A stretch of 62,186 nucleotides of DNA, the filler included, from Globobulimina sp. (Eukaryota), in NCBI GenBank assembly GCA_003354225.1. It is 23 parts of 23 records of this genome, joined end to end, with 100 filler letters (N's around TTAATTAATTAA, not from the genome) between each part and the next. Parts side by side here need not be neighbours in the genome. Positions count along the whole stretch, not along the records: positions 10,841 to 13,449 come from PIVH01005742.1; positions 13,550 to 16,158 come from PIVH01005743.1; positions 16,259 to 18,867 come from PIVH01005744.1; positions 18,968 to 21,576 come from PIVH01005745.1; positions 21,677 to 24,285 come from PIVH01005746.1; 18 more parts are not named here. One strand, written 5' to 3'. Below the pieces are notes generated by a model that was not told where the DNA came from, did no database searches, and was given only the letters and a program-made list of their open reading frames with translations. The stretch's first letter is position 1. Each line of letters begins with the position of its first letter. Of the stretch, positions 11,333 to 22,784 are shown piece by piece. Position numbers and translations under genes: made by a program.

Positions 11333-12547
11333 TTATAGAGAATATAACGTTAACTTTATACAGCAATGCGTTTGCAACTTAGGAACCGATGCTAAACAGA
11401 TATAGTTTTTACATAAATACGGTTCAAAAAAGCAACCTTTTAATACGATTTCAAAGGACTGCGACTTGCGTCTATTGCGAGATATTTTTACTTTGCTTTT
11501 ATGGCTCTGATGGATATATTTTATGGATTTCGGTAATTCATTAAATAGTGTGTCTAAAATACATAAACCATTTTCAGATATTCTAGTAAATGATAAGTCA
11601 ATTTTATGTAATTTTACTTTGTTATCTGCAGATATAAAATATTTGTGATAGAAATCGTAAATGTAATCACAGGATAAATCAGTAATATTCGCATAGGACA
11701 AATCAATTGATTTCAATTTATTGCATTTATTTCCAATGCATTTAAATAATAACTTGACACACAAATCGCTTATATTATGATTAATACTTAAATCCAAATT
11801 ATGTAAATGTATCATTTCCTTTCTGTTTTTAAATGCGTTGCAGATTGAAAATATATGCGATGTATTTAAATTATTTGCGCTTAAATTCAATGACAAACCT
11901 TGTTTCTCACAGTGTTTTTCGTCAATATGTAATGATTTATATTTGTATAATTTGAAAATATTGCCATTGGCATTGGCATCGTGGTTATAATTAATATTGA
12001 ATCCACATTGAATGATATCACATAAAAATTTAATATTATATGGTTTAATAGCAAAGGACGAGGCAGATTTTTGTAAATCAATAGTATTTATACATTTTAA
12101 TGCATTTAAAAAAGGGGAGATCGATTGTATTAAATTTGTGAATGAATGGCTTTTCTGATGGATGAGTTGAAGATGTACGATTTTATTGGCAGATGAGGAC
12201 GGAATGTGCTTTGGTTTTGAAGTCAATAATAAAGATTTGTAGATTTGATATAATTGTTTATGAAATATAATAAAATATTTTAAATGTTGCAATTGGAGTT
12301 TATTTAATTGAGAGATGGCATTTTGTGATAGGTTGCATGTTCCCGAATGTAAGTATTTTTGGAAATATTTGGTATAATAATTGCAATCATATTTGTAATG
12401 AGAATGATTGAACTTAAAATTATTTATACTAAATATGTGATTAAATATATATGAAACTCCACATAATTTAAAACGTTCAAAGGGATACAACCATTCGCCT
12501 AATTCATGTAACAAGATATCTGTGGGTAAATCCTCCATAAAGCACAC
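11333..12547 (-). CDS. F-box-like / RNI-like leucine-rich repeat protein
   Basis: N-terminal F-box-like MEDLPTDILLHELGEWL..ERFKL.GVS..F. C-terminal LRRs LNLSANNL, LDLSINHNISD, IDLSYANITD and IDLSFTRISE. Confidence 0.7.
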   Translation of the reverse strand: MCFMEDLPTDILLHELGEWLYPFERFKLCGVSYIFNHIFSINNFKFNHSHYKYDCNYYTKYFQKYLHSGTCNLSQNAISQLNKLQLQHLKYFIIFHKQLYQIYKSLLLTSKPKHIPSSSANKIVHLQLIHQKSHSFTNLIQSISPFLNALKCINTIDLQKSASSFAIKPYNIKFLCDIIQCGFNINYNHDANANGNIFKLYKYKSLHIDEKHCEKQGLSLNLSANNLNTSHIFSICNAFKNRKEMIHLHNLDLSINHNISDLCVKLLFKCIGNKCNKLKSIDLSYANITDLSCDYIYDFYHKYFISADNKVKLHKIDLSFTRISENGLCILDTLFNELPKSIKYIHQSHKSKVKISRNRRKSQSFEIVLKGCFFEPYLCKNYICLASVPKLQTHCCIKLTLYSL

Positions 12548-12793
12548 GAGACTCTGACTCTTAGGCTATGAGAAGCTAAGGACAGTATTAAAAATGTTAG
12601 GCGCTTGTATTGCAGTGAAAAAAACCCGAAGCTTCAGTTGTATTGCAGAAAACATTTCCACCTCTTAATTGTGTCAGATATATATATATGTCTGCTGTTG
12701 CGAAGAAAGTATGTTATTTGCATTGCGTTGTGTGAATAAAAGTAATTAAATAATAGCAGTGATGTTAACTGTCAGCGAAATAATGAATCGGAA

Positions 12794-13449
12794 ATGTCCC
12801 CAAAACGGCTGATCAAAATCTGTAGAAAAAAAGGCTTATATGAAACACCTCAATTCAATGATTCTTTGTATTTAAATTACGAGGGATTTTCATCAATAAG
12901 TAATCTCGAACCTTATTCCAACATAAAATCACTATTTTTGGAAGGAAACATGATCTCAAAAATAGAAAATATAGGACATTTAAAAATGATTCGCGGCTTA
13001 TATTTACAAAACAATTTAATCAAAAAAATATCGAATTTAGATGAATTATTTGAGATAAATTCCTTGAATTTATCAAATAATCAAATTAAAAAAATTGAAA
13101 ATCTATCGCATTTACAAAAATTAGAAACATTAAATTTAGAAAATAATTTAATTTCTACAATATCGGATTTAAAAGCAATATCGCATAATAATGCAATTAC
13201 GACATTAAATTTAAGCGGTAATAAATTTAAAACAGAAAGAGACGGAATGGAATTAATTAAATTATTGTCAAAGTTACCAAATCTGAGAGCTTTGTATTTA
13301 AAAAGAAATCCGTTCATAAATGCGATGAATTGGTACAGAAAACGAACAATTTCGATGATTCGAACCCTGACATTTTTGGATGATCGGCCTGTTTTTGAGA
13401 ATGAAAGAAGATTAAATGACGCGTGGCTCAGAGGTGGTGTTATTGAGGT
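12794..13449 (+). CDS. DNAAF1: Dynein axonemal assembly factor 1 (LRRC50/ODA7) homolog, 3' partial
   Basis: LYETPQFNDSLYLNYEGF..I.NLEPY, SDS22-type LRRs, and the LRR cap YRKRTIS...LTFLDDRPVF..ERR...AWLRGG, all matching the DNAAF1 pattern. Confidence 0.85.
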
Positions 13450-13684
13450 NNNNNNNNNNNNNNNNNNNNNNNNNNNNNNNNNNNNNNNNNNNNTTAATTA
13501 ATTAANNNNNNNNNNNNNNNNNNNNNNNNNNNNNNNNNNNNNNNNNNNNCTTTTCTTGCATACTTTCTTCGAGTGCCCTATGTAAGACCTCTAAACACAC
13601 ATGGTAACATTTCCACATACCATATGTTAGAGATCAGGTACCGTATGTGGCTTAAATATCACCATTGATTGACAGCCCAGATCC

Positions 13685-14875
13685 TCACCTTTCAGAATAT
13701 ATGTATCGTTTTGCTAATTCCTTTGTTTTTGGTGTGGTGCATGATATATATGCAACAATCCGACGATCAAATTTAATGATTTTTGTAAACATTTTGAATA
13801 TTATCATTAATGATATAGTCCAATCGATGGTGGTACTCGAACTCAAATAAATGGTTAAAAACATTTCAGAGTAAAACATAAATATGAAGTTTAATTCAAA
13901 TACATTGGGAATTTTAATGCTGATATGTTCACTCAGTTTAAATCCAATAAATGAAATAAATTGAAAATAAATTGTATATAATATAAACACGAATAAATTA
14001 GCTACATTCTGCTCAAACTGTTTGAATACGGACCATTCATGAATTTGAATCACAAAATATGTCCAATCAAAATATAATTGTTGAACCGGAATATATAGAC
14101 ACATTAAAGAATAATGCACAAATCTGACATGTTTTGAACTATGCATTTCACAAAAATACAGCTCCCAAATAAACATTGCCGTTGTGCTTACAATTGGGGG
14201 TAATCTGATTAACGCGGAGTATTTCAAATTGCTGTCATAAAATTGATACATATCTTGGCCCGTAAACCATAAACCTGTAATAATATAAAATACAGTTATT
14301 TTATTAAAATGTTCATTTTTTGAATATTCGTTATAGTAATTCTGTTCTGCTAATAATGGTTCCATAGAATTTGTAGTCTGTCCGGATCTTTTTGACAATG
14401 AAAGCATTTCTTGAGCAGAGATGTTGATGTTTTGCGAAGATGGCACTGGATGTAGCTGTTTATGATAATGATTGTGTATTAAATACACTGTGATTGGAAT
14501 AATAAAAAATGTGTTAATATCGTTTGTTGCTGCCCAAAAAAGTAGGAATATGTCTTTGGATGAAGCATTGTAATAAAAATATGTTTTACAATAAAACCAA
14601 AATAACCTAAATATAGAATCCATTCCACAGCAATATAATGTTAATATTGTTCCGAGTTTAAATGATATCCAATTACAAATAACATATGGCCACATAACAT
14701 TCACTGCGAATCCAAATAAGCTTCTTATATTCGCACCTATCCAATACCAATATGATAGCGTTTCTGCACCATGTCTGGCAGTGTATTCTGTCGATTTACG
14801 AGTACCAATCAAATATAACACACTAAGCAGTATTGCGAATAATACAACCAACTGTAGCTCATAGTGTTGGTTCAT
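13685..14875 (-). CDS. Multi-pass membrane protein of unknown function
   Basis: 396-aa ORF with about 9-10 hydrophobic segments and a central polar loop. May continue in a further exon. Confidence 0.65.
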   Translation of the reverse strand: MNQHYELQLVVLFAILLSVLYLIGTRKSTEYTARHGAETLSYWYWIGANIRSLFGFAVNVMWPYVICNWISFKLGTILTLYCCGMDSIFRLFWFYCKTYFYYNASSKDIFLLFWAATNDINTFFIIPITVYLIHNHYHKQLHPVPSSQNINISAQEMLSLSKRSGQTTNSMEPLLAEQNYYNEYSKNEHFNKITVFYIITGLWFTGQDMYQFYDSNLKYSALIRLPPIVSTTAMFIWELYFCEMHSSKHVRFVHYSLMCLYIPVQQLYFDWTYFVIQIHEWSVFKQFEQNVANLFVFILYTIYFQFISFIGFKLSEHISIKIPNVFELNFIFMFYSEMFLTIYLSSSTTIDWTISLMIIFKMFTKIIKFDRRIVAYISCTTPKTKELAKRYIYSER

Positions 14876-16258
14876 TGGAAATCTGGAATGAATCGCAGCT
14901 AAAATGAAACAGAGTTGAAATTTAAGTGTAAAAAGTTTTTTTGAGGGGCATGCAAAAAAACATTGTTGTTAAATATTAATTACGACAAATTCAAACAACA
15001 CACAAATATTTATGGGTATATTTCCAAGATATTTTCTGACAATGTCTACTGCAGAAAAATAGTGCTTTACATTTTCGAATTCAAATGTTTTCTTTTCATA
15101 TCCAATAATGCCTCAAACGGATATTTATACGATGCACTGTCCAATATTTTATGACTCTTTTTCCGGAGAGATAACTCTTTATAATTTATCATAGATTTCA
15201 AATAAGTATCTCCCTTTTCTACATATTCCGAATTTCCGATATACATTTCTCAGACTGTTTAAGTCGCCGTAATATGGTAATTAAGTTGGATATTTTCAAG
15301 ATCACCAATCAAAAATTTCTCATTGATAAAATGCACAGTTACCAATTTCAAACCATGCTGTCGTCTTTTTAGGGCATAATTTTGCTGTAAAGCTGGGATA
15401 TGGATCACAATCACCATCATCTGTATGAATTTGCGTCAGCGATTGGTGATGTAATAAATGGAAACGTGTTTCTACGTTCATCTGTGGTCATATTTAAAAG
15501 AAAGAGAAGGATATCGATGACAATATTGTCAGATGAAAATACCTTTTTCCAGACAAAGCTTTGATTTTGATATTGCAAAATATTCCCCATTTAATGGAAC
15601 AGCTAAACCATAGCTTTCTGGATTGTCAGGGACTATCTTCAATTTGAACGTCTAATTCTTTTTGATACTTTTCTACTGAATGACCACAATAATTTCGTTC
15701 AATTCTGAAGCAGTTACTTTTTGACCAAATTTGATTGTAATTTGCCGGCCGGTGCATGATGGTGGGATATGGATCCATATGTCTGTGACGAAAACTTAGT
15801 AAGTTTTGGGCGGGGGACGATTAAGAAAAAAGAAATAATAAACTTAATTCAAAATAAATGCAACAAGACAACTTCAGAATGCTACATATTATTATAACGC
15901 ACAAATAACCAATACATAATATCTACAGTTACTATTTGCGCATATTTGGAGTGGGAGACGATAATCTTCTCATTTCTCTCAACATTTCCATTTCTAATTT
16001 ATCCATTTCCTTTCGATTCCAATTTTCCACTTCCTCTTCATTTAATAAATTGCTTCCTCTCCTTACATATATAAAATAATTCATAAAAATATATTTCTTC
16101 AAATAAATACATTATTCGCGTTCTTTGAAAAAAATAAGATCCAGTCTAAAAGGCCATTNNNNNNNNNNNNNNNNNNNNNNNNNNNNNNNNNNNNNNNNNN
16201 NNTTAATTAATTAANNNNNNNNNNNNNNNNNNNNNNNNNNNNNNNNNNNNNNNNNNNN

Positions 16259-17608
16259 TACTAAGTTGCCGCCGCTATTTCCATTCCATTCCTTTGTTGT
16301 TAATGTACCATTTGATTCAATTATTATTTTATCAAATTTATGAATGATATCGGATTCCAATATTTTTGTTTCATTGGCTTTAATTATTAAATCTGACACC
16401 ACTTTAACAATTGATATTGATTTGATATTTGATTTTGGAGAATATTGCCTTTGTACGCCATTATTATAAGACAATTGAAAGTCATATATCCCAACTTGTT
16501 TGACTGTGATTGTTGTTTCATTCTTGATATTCTCATCCAACGCCATCACTTTTTCATCGATATCATGTTTTAATATCCACTCAATTTTTATTTTCTCATT
16601 TTTATTTTTATTTCTTCTCAAAATATCCCATTTAATCATAACAGCGCCACTTTGCTTATTATTGCTTAATGTCAATAACATTGGAGTTGCAATGGTCGAA
16701 ATATTGCCAAATTGATTAATCATATTTTCTAAATATTTAATATCTGCAATAAATCTTACATTTGAGTTGGTATTTGGATTGGAATTATATTTGTTATTCA
16801 TTTCATCATTACACTCATTTATTAATAATTCTTTTCTTTTATCAATATCACTTAACGAGATGGGTGTTTTTAGCATTAAAGTTGTTTTTGAATATAGTTT
16901 TTCTGTTTGTTTTAATTTATTTTTTAAATTTGCAGCTTGTTGCTTTAATTTACTTTTCTTATCATTGCCAACTTTATGTAATTCATTTAATAATATTTTC
17001 TGTCTTTCCTTTAATTTATTTATTTGTGATCCGAATACTTTGTTAATCTCAACTTCGCATTGTCTCACAGTGTCATCCACGCCTTATAATTATCAAAAAT
17101 ACAAATATAAAATATGTAAATATAAATATTTTTAACTTTGTACGGTCTTTGAAACAGAAAGGATTGAGGAACTAATTTGTTTGATTCTGTTTGAAAGTTT
17201 AATAATTGCATCACGTTCTTCCTTATCTGCTATTACCTGATCACATGAATACAAACTCAGATAATGTTTTCATTAAAATAATAATATATATAAACGTACA
17301 TATTTGGATGGATCATCATTTGGTGCAACTTGTTGTTGTTCAACATATTGAGATATAATCTTAGCGAATTTATTTTTTTTAAGAACTGACACTTTATGTC
17401 GGTTTGAATTATCCTCATTTATTTCATCAATTAATTCCAATATATCTTTTTTTCTTAATTTTACCAAAAATTGAAGGTCGACGTCGCAATCACTCTCTTT
17501 ACAAATATCAACAACATATAAAAGATTCTTCCTTCGCAATTCATCTCGTAATGCATTTAAATCATCATCAACTTGGGAAGTCTCGACTCCTTCCACTTGT
17601 GCGGACAT
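16259..17608 (-). CDS. Multi-exon protein: SAM-like N-terminus, B-box-C-terminal-like coiled coil, FN3-like domain; 3' partial
   Basis: Exon 1 is ORF 17273-17608. A short middle exon near 17140-17240 reads IADKEERDAIIKLSNRIKQI. Exon 3 reads CEVEINKVFGSQINKLKERQKILLNEL (BBC-like) then IKW...YDFQLS...SPKSNIKSI (FN3-like). Confidence 0.55.
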
Positions 17609-17910
17609 ATCACAACTTGTAAATTGGTAAAGTGTTGTTTGACTCTTTGAGGATGCGCGGGATGATTTGAGTCAAAAACCAGAACAGTAAGTTTTTTTTT
17701 TCATATCAAATTCAATCGTACAGCCAAATGCACTCTAACAGCAAGCGAATACGGTCTCGATGAAAACAAAAATGATAGAAACAACATTTAATAATTAATA
17801 ATAATGCATCAAAGATCAAAAATCATAATTATAAGTTGTAATATTTATATTATCAAAACACAAAACGCAAGAAAAAAAATAAAAAAAAAAAACTATTACA
17901 TTTGAAATAG

Positions 17911-18867
17911 TTAAATTGGAGGGGCAGTAGCACTGACATTATAATTTGGATTATATGCTTGTTGTTGTTGCACCACTTGTTGTTGACCATACATAGGTTG
18001 CTGTGGCTGCCCATACGCCGGCGGAGCTTGTCCATAATGTGGATTCCCGCCTTGATTGCTCACAACAACTCGCTGCTGCTGCTGCTGTTGTACCTGTGGA
18101 TAGACATTCATTTTGGTGTCAGCGCGCACCAAAGTACTCGGTCCGTCGTAAATATTATCCATCGTTTGCTGCGACATGTGCCCTTTCCTATTCTTCTGCA
18201 ATGGATGCAATTTGTGCATGCTCATAAATGAAGTGATTTGATCCGGCACTTCCTCCAACACTTCCTTTGCCAATCCCGATATATGAGTATTAATAAACTT
18301 ATTGAACGGCACAAACTGTACAATATCCCGTTTCATCAACACCCCCTTCGAGGACCGCAATGGTACATCATCGGCATCCAACGTATCCATCGCATCGAAA
18401 TCGGCACTGCCAACCCCCACAATGATGATAGACAACGGCAACTCCGTCGCATTCACAACCGCATCTATAGTCTTTCCCATATCATTGATGATGCCGTCCG
18501 TTATGATCAATAATATCACATAATTTTGTTCATTCTGAGTGTTGGCCATCGACGCTGCCGCAGACGACGCGGTGTGCACAATCTCATTGAAATACGTAGG
18601 GCCATACAACTGGATCTTATTCAAACTCTGTTGGTACGCTTGTAATACGCCTTCGATACCAGGCACTTCCTCGTCATTTGACAGTGTCAAATTGAAACAA
18701 TGCGAGATATTCTTCTGGCCAAAGGGGTTAATATTTGCGCCAAAGCCATACGCCGCAATCATGCCGTCGCTGTCATACGGCTCGATCACTCTGCCCACCG
18801 ATCGAATGGCTCTCATATACGGCGACTCGTACTTTGGTGGACCTATGTAATGCAACGATTTGCTATC
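17911..18867 (-). CDS. Copine (vWA domain) with Q/P/Y/G-rich tail, 5' partial
   Basis: YDSDGMIAAYGFGA, SHCFNL, LYGPTYF, YVILLIITDGIINDM, LPLSIIIVGVGSADF..M..LDAD and RDIVQFVPF are copine vWA motifs. Confidence 0.93.
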   Translation of the reverse strand, partial: DSKSLHYIGPPKYESPYMRAIRSVGRVIEPYDSDGMIAAYGFGANINPFGQKNISHCFNLTLSNDEEVPGIEGVLQAYQQSLNKIQLYGPTYFNEIVHTASSAAASMANTQNEQNYVILLIITDGIINDMGKTIDAVVNATELPLSIIIVGVGSADFDAMDTLDADDVPLRSSKGVLMKRDIVQFVPFNKFINTHISGLAKEVLEEVPDQITSFMSMHKLHPLQKNRKGHMSQQTMDNIYDGPSTLVRADTKMNVYPQVQQQQQQRVVVSNQGGNPHYGQAPPAYGQPQQPMYGQQQVVQQQQAYNPNYNVSATAPPI

Positions 18868-19079
18868 NNNNNNNNNNNNNNNNNNNNNNNNNNNNNNNNN
18901 NNNNNNNNNNNTTAATTAATTAANNNNNNNNNNNNNNNNNNNNNNNNNNNNNNNNNNNNNNNNNNNNCATATCCATCACCCTCATAATATGAACATTGTT
19001 GTACTATATTCATCGGATTTATTCTGTTAATTTTGCTACGTATTTTCTATATTAACTGAAGAACCTTACTGAGAGCACC

Positions 19080-19850
19080 ATGCCTGTTAAGAAATTACTA
19101 AAGGACCTGCCTCAACGGGCAGTAGGACAATTTGTGTCAACTCTTGGCGCATTAAAAGTGAATGATACGTTGCAACGAATATCACAACACTTTGGCGATA
19201 ATATGCCACCAACAATGAAAGAAGAAGAATTTAAAATTCCCGACACAAAAATAGCATTATCAGCAACAGAATTATCTTCACAATTAAATATTCCCTCAAT
19301 ATGTGAGCATTCAGTGCGATTATATATGTTTGGGATATGTATTGGTAAACATTTAAATGAATTAAATGCATTGGATCGCGAACAGTTTTATATTTCGTGT
19401 ATATTCTCAAAAATTGGACTATCAGATCAGATACGCAATTTACAAGAATATGAAGGACGTGATTTTGAATTAATTGGAGCAGAATATGCAAATTCTTTTT
19501 TATTATCACAAACACCATCCTATGCTCAGTCAAAATGTGATGCCGTTCATGAGGCCATCGCTATGCAGACAAGTCATGAAAGCCTTAATGCAGAGCCACA
19601 ATACTCGTTAATGTATAAAGCAAATGTCTTAGAGACTATTGGTGGCTATAAATACAATGTTCAACAAGAAGTCATTGAGATGATTATTGATAAGTGTCCA
19701 CGGAAATCCTTTTCAAACAAATATCGTGATTTATTGATGAGAGAAGCAACAGAAAAACCATATGGTAGGGCTGCCTCGGATATTTGTAGTGGTTTGGGTC
19801 CGTTGGTTTTATTAAATCCTATTGATGGCGATCCATTTCCAGGGCCATAA
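19080..19850 (+). CDS. HD-domain protein (cyanamide-hydratase-like family) with degenerate metal ligands
   Basis: IPDT.IA..ATEL, HSVRLYMFG, DREQFY, FELIGA..A..FL and HEAIAM match the family. The HD dyad reads SK (CIFSKIGL). Confidence 0.7.
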   Translation: MPVKKLLKDLPQRAVGQFVSTLGALKVNDTLQRISQHFGDNMPPTMKEEEFKIPDTKIALSATELSSQLNIPSICEHSVRLYMFGICIGKHLNELNALDREQFYISCIFSKIGLSDQIRNLQEYEGRDFELIGAEYANSFLLSQTPSYAQSKCDAVHEAIAMQTSHESLNAEPQYSLMYKANVLETIGGYKYNVQQEVIEMIIDKCPRKSFSNKYRDLLMREATEKPYGRAASDICSGLGPLVLLNPIDGDPFPGP

Positions 19851-19975
19851 AAAGAAAAAACCCTCAAAAAGCATCCAATCTCACAGACATTGTATATGAC
19901 ATTGTATATTTTTTTTTTTTGCAAATTAATTCTTAGGTTTTTTTTGTCAGTCCAAAAACTCACTACTTCCTTTAC

Positions 19976-20695
19976 ATGACGACCTCAAATAAATCGAGTC
20001 CGGATCCCTGTCAAATGAAGCAAAGCGATGATCTAAAACAATATATTATTTTATTAGATTGGGACGACACTATGTTTCCAAGTTCATATTTATTGGAAAA
20101 TATAGATTTTTGTATGGATACTAATTCCGGTAAAATTAAAGCCTTTCATGTTGCAAAGAATAAAGAGGAAGCATTTGTGTCAAATTTACAGAATGTTGGT
20201 CATTCGGCATTGCAACTATTGAATAAGTTACTTTTTCATTTCGAATCGTCGCAAATTAAAATAGTAACTAACTCCGCAAATGGCTGGGTTTTTGATGCTT
20301 TGTCCATAGCGGCAACATTTTGTAGCACTTATAACAAAATCAAACATTTACTGATCAATAATAAAATTGAAATAATGTATGCCCGAAAGTATGATTTACA
20401 GCAATGTTTTTGGAAAATAAAGTGTTTTAATTTACTTTTGTCTCAATTTAATTTGGAGGAAAGAAGTAATATTATTATCAGTATCGGGGATCAGTGGGCA
20501 GATCATACCTCGCTTAGACAGTGTTTGCTATTTTGCACATTTAAGAAGAATATATTTCATCATCAAATAAAATTTTTAGAGGCTCCGGATTGTAGTTATT
20601 TATGTATTGAATTAAAATATATCAATGATATAATTGAGTCATACTTTTTATGTAATCCTAACAATGATGATATTACATTAGAATTTGATAAATGA
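19976..20695 (+). CDS. HAD-superfamily hydrolase-like protein
   Basis: Motif I IILLDWDDTMFP, motif II IVTNS, motif III WK..CF, motif IV IISIGDQWAD. Confidence 0.75.
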   Translation: MTTSNKSSPDPCQMKQSDDLKQYIILLDWDDTMFPSSYLLENIDFCMDTNSGKIKAFHVAKNKEEAFVSNLQNVGHSALQLLNKLLFHFESSQIKIVTNSANGWVFDALSIAATFCSTYNKIKHLLINNKIEIMYARKYDLQQCFWKIKCFNLLLSQFNLEERSNIIISIGDQWADHTSLRQCLLFCTFKKNIFHHQIKFLEAPDCSYLCIELKYINDIIESYFLCNPNNDDITLEFDK

Positions 20696-21301
20696 ATCTA
20701 TATTAATATATCATTGCTATTTCTATGTCTAGATCTGAGTCTGACCGATAATCATTGACAAATTCCAATTGTATTTTGTAATATTTTATAGTATATATCC
20801 TTTGTATTAAATATTTTGTAAAATATTGTTTTGTTTTGTTTCGAGATTTTTGTTAGGATTTTAGTGAAATCAGTTTGTTTTGTTTTGCTTTACCATATGC
20901 ATTTTGTGTTGGATGTGTATACAAAAAAAACTGGTTTCCTTGGTTTGGTCCTTGTTTTGTTTGTATATTTTGCTATATTAAAAATCTACGTATTAATGAT
21001 TAATCATTTTATATATGAATTTACTAAAAATACGTACTGTATTATTAATTATTAATCATTTTATTAAACTTATGTATTAAAATGCAGATCATTTATCCCT
21101 TAAAAGCGAACATCGAGTCTGTAGCTTCGAGTGGCTTTTGTCTTTGCACATTTTCGTTTTTGGTCTGAAATAGCAAGTGGTTTAGAAAATAGTTGAGGCT
21201 CTAAACTTCTGTCTTCTTCATATTGTTATATAAAGTAAGTACTTCACTAACATCATGCATGGAATTAGCAATATGAATTTGCCTGCATATTTTTTAAGAA
21301 A

Positions 21302-21486
21302 ACGATATATTCCAAAGATAACCCCTCCCCTTTGTATACATATTTGGGTCAATTATGACTTTGTTCTGGATTTGCAAACCCAAGACAAAGTTATAACAAA
21401 CACAGAACAAACTCAAGACAAACCTAGCGTTTCTCAAATAATTGAATAAAATGTAAAGGGAGAGGGTTATCTTTGGAATATATCGT
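21302..21486. mobile_element. Putative MITE, 185 bp, with about 32-bp terminal inverted repeats
   Basis: ACGATATATTCCAAAGATAACCCCTCCCCTTT (21302-21333) is inverted against 21455-21486, with the first 23 bp perfect. The interior is non-coding. Confidence 0.65.
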
Positions 21487-21676
21487 AGCTCACAGTATTT
21501 TCTCGCCCAAGTTATACCAAAAAGTGAACTGCAGTGCTTTATAAGTATATAATTAAAGAAAGTCCAACTAACAAATNNNNNNNNNNNNNNNNNNNNNNNN
21601 NNNNNNNNNNNNNNNNNNNNTTAATTAATTAANNNNNNNNNNNNNNNNNNNNNNNNNNNNNNNNNNNNNNNNNNNN

Positions 21677-22708
21677 TGAGTCATTCTCTTTTAAGTTAGC
21701 AATCATTTCAATTTGTTCATTAATATGAATATCCTCATTCGTTTGCATTGTAACTGCACGAATACTCCTTATCTCATTGTGTTGCTGTGATTTGACTGCT
21801 TTTCGTTTCTCTCGAAAAATGCAAATAATAATAATAGACACTATACATATTACAACGGATAGACAGAGCAGAATCCACGCAGTCCATTTGGGCGTATTTG
21901 TCTTTAATGTCGACATTTCTGTGAAATAATACGAATATTCGACAGTGAATTGGTAAAACGAATGTATTTCATCGGTGTAATCCTCGCCAGCAATGTAGAT
22001 TTGTAATCCTTTGCCAGTAGAAAACGAATTATATTTACATTTTTGAATAAATCTATCAATTAACCATATTGGATTGGTGTATGATATGATTAGCTCATCA
22101 TTTATCGGATCATTTTGAACTGTGATGATTAATGGATATCGATTGGTTTTACCATTGTTGTGGTTTGGTGGCAGGATAAATATATCTGGCTCCCAATCTA
22201 AATGCTCCCCTTTGGCTTTTCTCTGCCTCTCTTTACCGTTATTGTATGCAACTTCTTTTTGTATATCTCCAGATGCCAATGGAATGGGTGTAGTTTGACT
22301 ACAGATTGGATAGATTTCATTGCCCTGTTCAGTGCTGTCAATATGTAAATGCATTGTCAACCATTCATTGTCGGCAACGCTAAATGAGATTAATAAATCC
22401 GAATCAATTCTATCAGTCGGATCTTTACTGTATATTGTTACTGTGATATTTGATGGTTTATTTGAATGAAATCCCCACGACGCATTTAAATCTATTTCCA
22501 TATGGAATCCTGCATAATCTGTAACATTTATGTACCATTCATTAGCTGCAATATGTACTGTGGTATCTTTTAATAAAATTATATTCGCGCCTTCTTTTTG
22601 TGGCTTTGTTGTGGTCAAATTCACGAGTTTCGTAAATAGTGATGGATGCTGACCGATTGCTGCTCTATAAAACAAACAACAGAGGAAAATAACATTATGA
22701 AACAGCAT
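21677..22708 (-). CDS. Type I single-pass membrane protein of unknown function, 3' partial
   Basis: Signal-peptide-like MLFHNVIFLCCLFYRAAIG, an ectodomain with N-x-S/T sites, TM WILLCLSVVICIVSIIIICIF followed by basic REKRK. Confidence 0.7.
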
Positions 22709-22784
22709 GTTTTTTAAAAAGAAAAACTTCAACCACTACTACTACACCACTTAAATCCCCACTTCTGTCCGAATAATTTCTACT

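Noticed and set aside
15050..15800. Coding-like minus-strand stretches
   Set aside because: Multiple stops and frameshifts with no recognisable family. Possibly a decayed gene, but not supportable.
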